From the human T2T-CHM13v2.0 reference genome, Homo sapiens: a stretch of 64,000 nucleotides of DNA. The notes below the pieces were generated by a model. The model did not search any database. It saw nothing but the letters and a program-made list of their open reading frames with translations, and was not told where the DNA came from. Below are positions 47,073-64,000 of this stretch, piece by piece. Position 1 is the first letter of the stretch. Every line of letters begins with the position of its first letter. Both the position numbers and the translations under genes were made by a program. The stretch lies in NCBI RefSeq assembly GCF_009914755.1, contig NC_060932.1; one strand, given 5' to 3'.

Positions 47073-49747
47073 CTAAAAGGGAAACAAAAACATGTCAAAT
47101 GTAATTTCTCCTGAAAACTTAAAAGTTTGTTTTTAACAAAAATTTTCAGTTGATCATTCTACAAATTTCTCTAAGGTTAATATAAAAGAACAGTATTTCT
47201 CTGTTCTTGGCACAGTTAAAACAAGACTAGACTGATTACAAAAGAAATTCTGTAATATATTTTTCTTTTTTTAGAAATTCTGTAATTATATCAATAAAAC
47301 TGGAATTGTTAAGATTTTCCCAGTGCAAGCAATTTTCCTTGGAAGCAATTAGGCTCCTCTGGAAGTTGGAGCATTGAATAAATTATTGTCTCAACATTAT
47401 AAATAGGGTTTAATATTTCTGTAGAATTGGAAGTCAACTATTGTGGTTTATAATACTGAAAACTGGGAGTCATCTAGATATCCAAGAATAATAGATTATT
47501 ATTATTTTTTTTTCCTGAGATGGAGTCTCATTCTGTTGGCCAGGCTGGAGTGCAGTGACGCCATCTCGGCTCACCATAACCTCCGCCTCCTGGGTTCAAG
47601 TGATTCTCCTGCCTCAGTCTTCTGAGTAGCTGGGACTACAGGTGTGTGCCACCATGCCCGGCTAATTTTTGTATTTTTAGTAGAGACGGGGTTTCACTAT
47701 GTTGGCTAGGCTGGTCTCGAACTCCTGACCTCGTGATCCACCTGCCTGGGCCTCCCAAAGTGCTGGGATTACAGGTGTGAGCCACCGCGCCCAGCCTCAT
47801 AGATTAATTTTTTAAAAACTATGATAATGCTATCAAAAGAAATACTGTAGAACCATTAAATATCCTTTTGTTTCTTCAGCAATATCTAATACATAGTTAA
47901 GTGAAATTCATAATATATAGTTAAGTGAAAATAGTACATTCAATATGACCCACTACTGTAAAATTATATGAATAAAAGACTGAAAGGATATTACCTAAAT
48001 ATTAAAAGTGATTGTGTCTGAATAGGATTACATTCTTTCTTATTATATGTATATTATATGAAAAAGAACATCAATTACTTTTTTTTTTTTTTTTTTGAAA
48101 CAGGGTCTGCCCAGGCTGGTGTCAAACTCCTGGGCTCAAGTGATCCTAGCGCCCTAGCCTCTAGAGTAGCTGGGATTATAGGCATGCGCCACCATGCCCA
48201 GCTACCAGTTACTTTTGAGATAAAATAATTAAAGGGATTTTTAAAAAGGCTGCCATTTCTTGTGTCATGGCAGAGATCAGCCTAGAGTAAATAGACAAGC
48301 GGTAAAGTGAAGTTCTGCTCAAAAATTTCTCAGCCTTCATTAACTTCTTTTAAAATACAGCTATGTGTTGGAAACTGTAAGTTTAGAAGTTATTCTCATT
48401 TTAGTGTGAATTACTTTAACCAATTTGCCTTCCTTCTAACAAAGATCATCCACCCTGGAGGAGCACTGATTGATGTGAGGACAGAGTATGAAATAGGGGC
48501 TTTACTGGGGGCTCTCCAGAGAAAGTAGTCTTACATGATATGATGAGGTAGAGAGTTCTGGGCAACAAAAGAGAAACATTAGGTTTGGGCAAAGGAATTC
48601 GTGGGAAGAAGGATCACCAGGAAACCAGAAAGGGATCTAGAATGGGAGCTGGGTTGGGGTCCCTACAAAAAAACCAAGCATTTAATTGATCATTTTGCCT
48701 GGGGCATTAGTATTTCTTTCATTTGTTCAATAAATATTTATTAAGTACATGAGTCAGGCATTGTAATGGATGAGGGATTTAGAGTGATGTGAAACAATAG
48801 ACATGATTTCTGCCCTCAGGTAGTTCCTGTGTTTCCAAGAAAATTTAGCTCACCTGTAGTCTAGCATTTACTGTAGACAACAGATACCAACACAAATGGC
48901 CTAAGAGTGTTATTGCAGCCTTTAAAGTTTCCCAAATTACAGCCAAGAATTACCTTAGTGCTGAGAAAATGTAGTTTCAGATTATATCCAGATAAACATA
49001 AACTTGTCTGATGTAATTGACCCAAGTATAACATACATTTACATAACCAGTTAAATTCTGTGCAAAAAAGATTTCACTGTTAAACTCTTTTTTTCTTGTG
49101 TGAATTTTAATTTTTATTTCCATAGTTTTTGGGGTAAAGGTGGTTTTTGGTTACGTGGATAGGTTCTTCTTTTTTGAGACGTAGTCTCACTTTGTTGCCC
49201 AGGCTGTATTACAGGTGTGACCCACCACGCTTAGCCAGGATAAATTCTTTAGTGGTGAGTTCTGAGATTTTAATGCATCCTTCACCTAAGCAGTGTATGC
49301 TGTACCCAATATGTAGTCTTTTATCCCTCATCCCCTTCCCAACCTTCCCTCACTGTTAAACTTTTGAAAAACGGTACTCACATACTTACTTCTTAACATT
49401 TTGGTATATTTCAAAAATTTATATTTCAAGGTTTTACAATAATACAAAAGTAATTAGTATCTATGAAATTATTTCCCAACATACACTTTCAAATCTAGTT
49501 TGCTACACTATACAGTGTTGTAGGAGAACTGTAATACATATATTTAATCTATGTATTTAAAAATCACAATAGTATATTTTATAGATTTAATTTTAACAAA
49601 TTTAAAATCACAAGTAGGAAGTTAAAATAAAAACACAATATAAAGCTTACTGATAAAAATAAGTTAAATAAGGCCGAGTGCAGTGGCTTGCGTGTGTAAT
49701 CCCAGCACTTTGGAAGGCCAAGGCAGGCGGATCACTTCTTGAGCTCA

Positions 49748-49975
<228 letters not shown>

Positions 49976-50062
49976 TCAAAAAAAAAAGTTAATAAGAATA
50001 ATGAAAATATAGTTAAAATATTAGGTATGCTCCCAAACCAATTCCTAAATTTTACATTATTA

Positions 50063-50290
<228 letters not shown>

Positions 50291-50587
50291 TTAGGTATTA
50301 TTTCCAACTTTCTGAAGATTAAAGAAAAAAGGAGCATTATGATATCATAGCAATTTAAGGAAAAGTTATTCTGACTTACTCTTTAAATAATTCCCTTATA
50401 TGAAACTATTTGATAAGCTAGTTTATAGACATTTTTAGGGGCACTGAGGTATTTTCTAAGTTTATAGACATAACTTCATAAAAAGATTTAAAGCATCAAA
50501 ATTAAACGCACAATACTCATTACTCATTCACTTTTACTTTTAAATCTTTTTTTCTTCCTGAGTAGTATTTGAATCATTGCAAGTATC

Positions 50588-53445
<2,858 letters not shown>

Positions 53446-53999
53446 ATATTGCCATATATTGTCTATAGATTTGAGGTAACCCGTTTTTTCAATTGCCCAG
53501 GAAGTATAGCTATTTAAGTGATAAATATCCCAGTTTCCCCAATTGTGCTTCACATTCTTTTACTACAAATGTAACCAAAAACACAGTTTAAAATTAAACA
53601 TTATTCCAGTGTATATGGAATTTAACCAATAAAATACCTCAATGTGAACAATATTCTGTATATGAAATCAGTGCTTAGAAGGAAAAATGAATTCAGTAGA
53701 CTATAAATTAAATTTGTATACTCACACATTGGCATTACCCAGGCTATGTTATTATAAATTGCCCACAATAAAATATTTGAAGATATGGAATGTATTCTTA
53801 GACTCTTCAAAATGCAAAGTACAGCCTACAGAATAAAATTATAAAATCTTAAGCCTCAGAACTGAGCAGAAAAAAAAATTATAAAATCTTCGTAGATTTT
53901 TGAAATTTGCATATATCTGATTATTTTTATAACAAAATTTTAAGCTTATTGTTGACTTTTCAGACCACATTTCAAATATGATACTATATTCTGAACAAA

Positions 54000-57760
<3,761 letters not shown>

Positions 57761-57803
57761 TTCTTTTCTTTTTTTACAGACAGGGTCTCATTATGTTGCC
57801 TAG

Positions 57804-57899
<96 letters not shown>

Positions 57900-57987
57900 T
57901 GAGTTTTTACTTCAGGCTCTGTTTTCTAACTTTGGCTAAAACAGAAAATTTGGATCACCTGAAACCTCATGAATGGCCATGCTATTT

Positions 57988-59761
<1,774 letters not shown>

Positions 59762-60929
59762 CTTTAGAAATGGATTCCGTCTATAGATTTCAGTGTATAA
59801 ACTGGTGTTCACATAGATAAAAATTAATGACCTTAGATAATTTTGGAAAAGGACAGAGGCAAACTTTGTATGTAAGTGAAGTATTTATTAAACCAAGGGA
59901 AGGTCAATGGACCTCATCAGCAAGCTATAGGAAAACTTTCTAGGGGCTTGAATATGGAAAAGGAGAGAACTGAATCAACCCACAACACAAAATAATAGAC
60001 TGTTAACTCAAAAGAATTTGCATTGTAGCAGTCCATAAGAAAGAATTTAGTTTCATCAAAACACCACCATTCATCTTGTTAAAAACAATATTAATTTAAA
60101 CTGTATTGGTAGTTTTTATTGTTTTAGAAAATTAAAAGCTTCAGGAGCTTAAACTGAACCTAAAGTGGATTTGGATATATTTTAGAACATTATAATAAAA
60201 ATAATGTCCGCACTTGTGAAGTGTCTTTGGTTTTCTTTTAAAAGAGATTGTGTTCTAAAGTTTGAGAAACTGCTTTTGCCTACTTTCCACCTTCTAGATA
60301 TCTCGTGTTACTTTGGGACTCCTCTTACTAGATCTCTCTCTCCCAGGCCACCGGTGGGAACAGCTTAGAGCTTCTTTACAGGCTCTAGGGATCCATTTTA
60401 TTGTTAGCTTTTTGTTGGTGTTTTTTGTTTTTTTGTTTGTTCGTTTTGTTGTTGTTTTCCAGCTTTTCGGTTTGGGGGGTACATGTGCAGGTTTCTTACA
60501 TGGGTGGAATCCATTTTAATGGACCCCTTGGCTTTCATCTACTGGAATTCCCACAGACTAGAGGCAGTGGACAACGTTTTCTGAATTCTGTTAGTATCTA
60601 TACTTCCACTTAGGCCACAGGCTCAGTGGCTTCCAGATGCTCTAAATCACTGGCTCCAGCCCTCAGGCTTTTCAAAACCCTTCCCTTTCAAACTCAGCTC
60701 CACGCCCACCGGGCTGCTTCCTCAGCCCCGCGACCACCCCTCCACCTGTGTCTCCCTCCTCTAGAGCTGTTTCACAATCTTGCCAGCTAACCATTTGTTA
60801 AAAACACAGACTTCCAGACTATTTTTTCTGGAAATTCTGTATGTCTAAAGATAGGGCCCAAGGATCTGCATTTTAACAAATGTCCCGGAAAGTCTTACTG
60901 GCAGGCAAGTTTGAGAAACATGGTTCTAG

Positions 60930-61330
60930 GGTTTCCTCGGTCCCCACGCTTATTCCCCGCGGGCAGCTCACCGCTCGCGGGACAGTCCGGTAGCTAACTC
61001 CAGTTTGGTCGGTTTCATCGGCGCCGGGTCCCTACGCAGACCAGCGGCGGTTGCTGGGCGACCAGACGCGCTGTCCAAGCGCCGCTCACGAGAAATCTCG
61101 CGACATCGCAGGCTGCTCCCTCCCCGGTGGGTCCTTCCCCTGTGAGGCGGCGGCCGGGCGCTGATGGGCACTGACGGTGGTCACTAGGCCGACTCCGACT
61201 AGAGTCCTGTTAGCTTGAAGAGGCCGTGAGGCATCGGTCACCGCATTGTTTTAGTGGACCAGTTAGTAGCCGGAACAATTTTTGGCAGACCACCATTTCC
61301 CCCTACCGGATTATCCTGCCATCGGCTTTG
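60930..61330. promoter_or_regulatory. CpG-island-like PPP1R42 promoter with an RFX X-box and a BANP/ZBTB33-like motif
   Basis: High GC and CpG density; GTTGCTGGGCGAC at 61050-61062; TCTCGCGACA at 61096-61105. Confidence 0.8.
60972..61110 (-). other. PPP1R42: PPP1R42 non-coding exon 1 (5' boundary uncertain)
   Basis: Donor GCG|gtgagc at 60972 inside the CpG-rich block upstream of exon 2; the TSS cannot be fixed from sequence. Confidence 0.7.
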
Positions 61331-62842
61331 ACCGTTTCAGTGCCCAACAACCACCTTTTCCCAATAACAGACCAGGAAAGGAATTATCTGATTCAGAATA
61401 CAGCCTGTACTCCATCCTTTCCTCGGTGAAACCTCAAATTCCTTAGGGTGACATTGAGGGCCATTTATCATGACCAACCTCACCGCTTGCCGCCTGCCCT
61501 CTACACTCCAGTGTTTTTCAGTATACCCTGTTCTTAATAATAAAAATAATAATAATTCCCCTCTCTTCTCCGCCCTTCAAGGTAGGCATAGCACACACTT
61601 TCTCACCTCCTTCAGTCTTATTTTTCCTTTTAAGATTTAAAGACTCAGTTTGGAATTAGTGCAACCTTTCCGAAGTCTTCCTGGGTATCCCATCTTGTTA
61701 AGTAATGCCCTTTCTTCCCCCCAAACAGCTGAGATGTATTACTTTTTCCAGCATAGCACTTAATACAATATTACATGTTAGCTACTTAGCCATATCTCCA
61801 ATGAGGTGGTAAATTCTTTGAGGGCAAGGATTATGTGGTTTACCTCGCTATTTCCAGGACCTAGCAAAGTGCCTTGTTCATTAATAGTTACTCCATAAAT
61901 GTTTGCAAAATGAGTAATTTAATTGCAGAAGAAGAACAATAGTACAGGGAACTGACATTTATAGTGGAAAGCCTGGGGCTCATTAGGGATATGGTGAAGT
62001 GAGCAGTCTGGATGTAAGGGACAATGCAAGCTGGAAAACATTTGAGTACCAGCTGTGATTCTGGTGGAGAAAAGGTCGTCATTGCCATTCTTTGAGCAAA
62101 GACGTGTCAGAGCAGAAGATTGTTAGAATGCAAGGCAGCTTAGAGCTCATGAGGGTAATCCAAATTGCCATTTTGCAGATAAGGAAATTCCCAGGGCTCA
62201 AAAGAAGAAAGAAACATGCTCAAGGTCACACCTGGGGTGACAGAGAGGGAACTTCTTGGCCTCCTGATTTCAAGCCCACTTCTCCTTTCATTTTATCCCC
62301 CTGACCATTACAATAAGAGTATCCTAGGAAGGTGGGGGAATGGTGGCAAAGGAGCCCTAACCCCATTCAGGATATTTTTGCTTAAGTCCAGTTGTGAGAG
62401 CAATCTTGGCCTGGGTTGGAGTGAAGGCAAAGAAAGTGGAAAAGAATGAAAAAATTTAGGAGATATTTTGAAGCATGATTTAATAGAGACTGGATAGTAT
62501 AAAGGGAGGGGAGAAGTTGAAGATAATTCCCAGATGTTAGCTATGATAAAGGAACAATACTGGGGAAAGAGGAGAGATGGTGAGTAATTTGAGGGGAAGT
62601 GGATGAGTTTGGTTTACATACATTAAGTGTGAGGTGAGAAAGGTTTTAATAGTCTCCAATATAAAGCTGATTATTTAAACCATGAGGCCATAAATGGTAG
62701 GGAGGGAGAAAATAAGGAAAGCGAAATAGTGGGTTAGTAGCTATGCCAACTAGTTTGGATAAAAGAGGGAAGAAAAACTAGTAAAGATGGTATAGAAAGA
62801 ATCATCAGAGGTAAGATTTGTCCTGAGAAGTACAATAATTCA

Positions 62843-64000
<1,158 letters not shown>

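Noticed and set aside
59900-60230. Possible Charlie-type DNA transposon remnant
   Set aside because: Too degraded to define termini or family by eye.

Overview
Primate (human-like) genomic DNA, very Alu/L1-rich, carrying almost all of the minus-strand gene PPP1R42 (LRRC67/TLRR, a leucine-rich-repeat PP1 regulator). I assembled a CpG-rich promoter with exon 1 (~61.0 kb) and seven coding exons with GT-AG junctions and consistent phases (50099-50227, 46906-47072, 45438-45576, 43195-43311, 20881-20998, 14530-14661, 3494-3621). These give a 309-aa protein; read-through of the exon 6 donor gives a 228-aa form. Intron 6 holds a processed pseudogene of PRPF3 bounded by a 15-bp target-site duplication. 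The TSD shows that the insertion also carried ~550 bp of CpG-rich, promoter-like sequence plus half an Alu upstream of the 5'UTR. The retrocopy contains a ~133-bp inverted copy of its own 5' part, a fold-back micro-hairpin and a 46-bp tandem duplication. Other items: a 3'-truncated U2 pseudogene, tandem uORFs, an RFX X-box, three tiny TSD-flanked insertions, a complex templated-insertion scar at 24.7-24.95 kb, and nested L1/MER1/THE1/MER44/MER34-like elements. No CRISPR or other prokaryotic system is present. Nearly all track ORFs are Alu or L1 artefacts. Gene identities and repeat subfamilies rest on recalled sequences, not on database searches.
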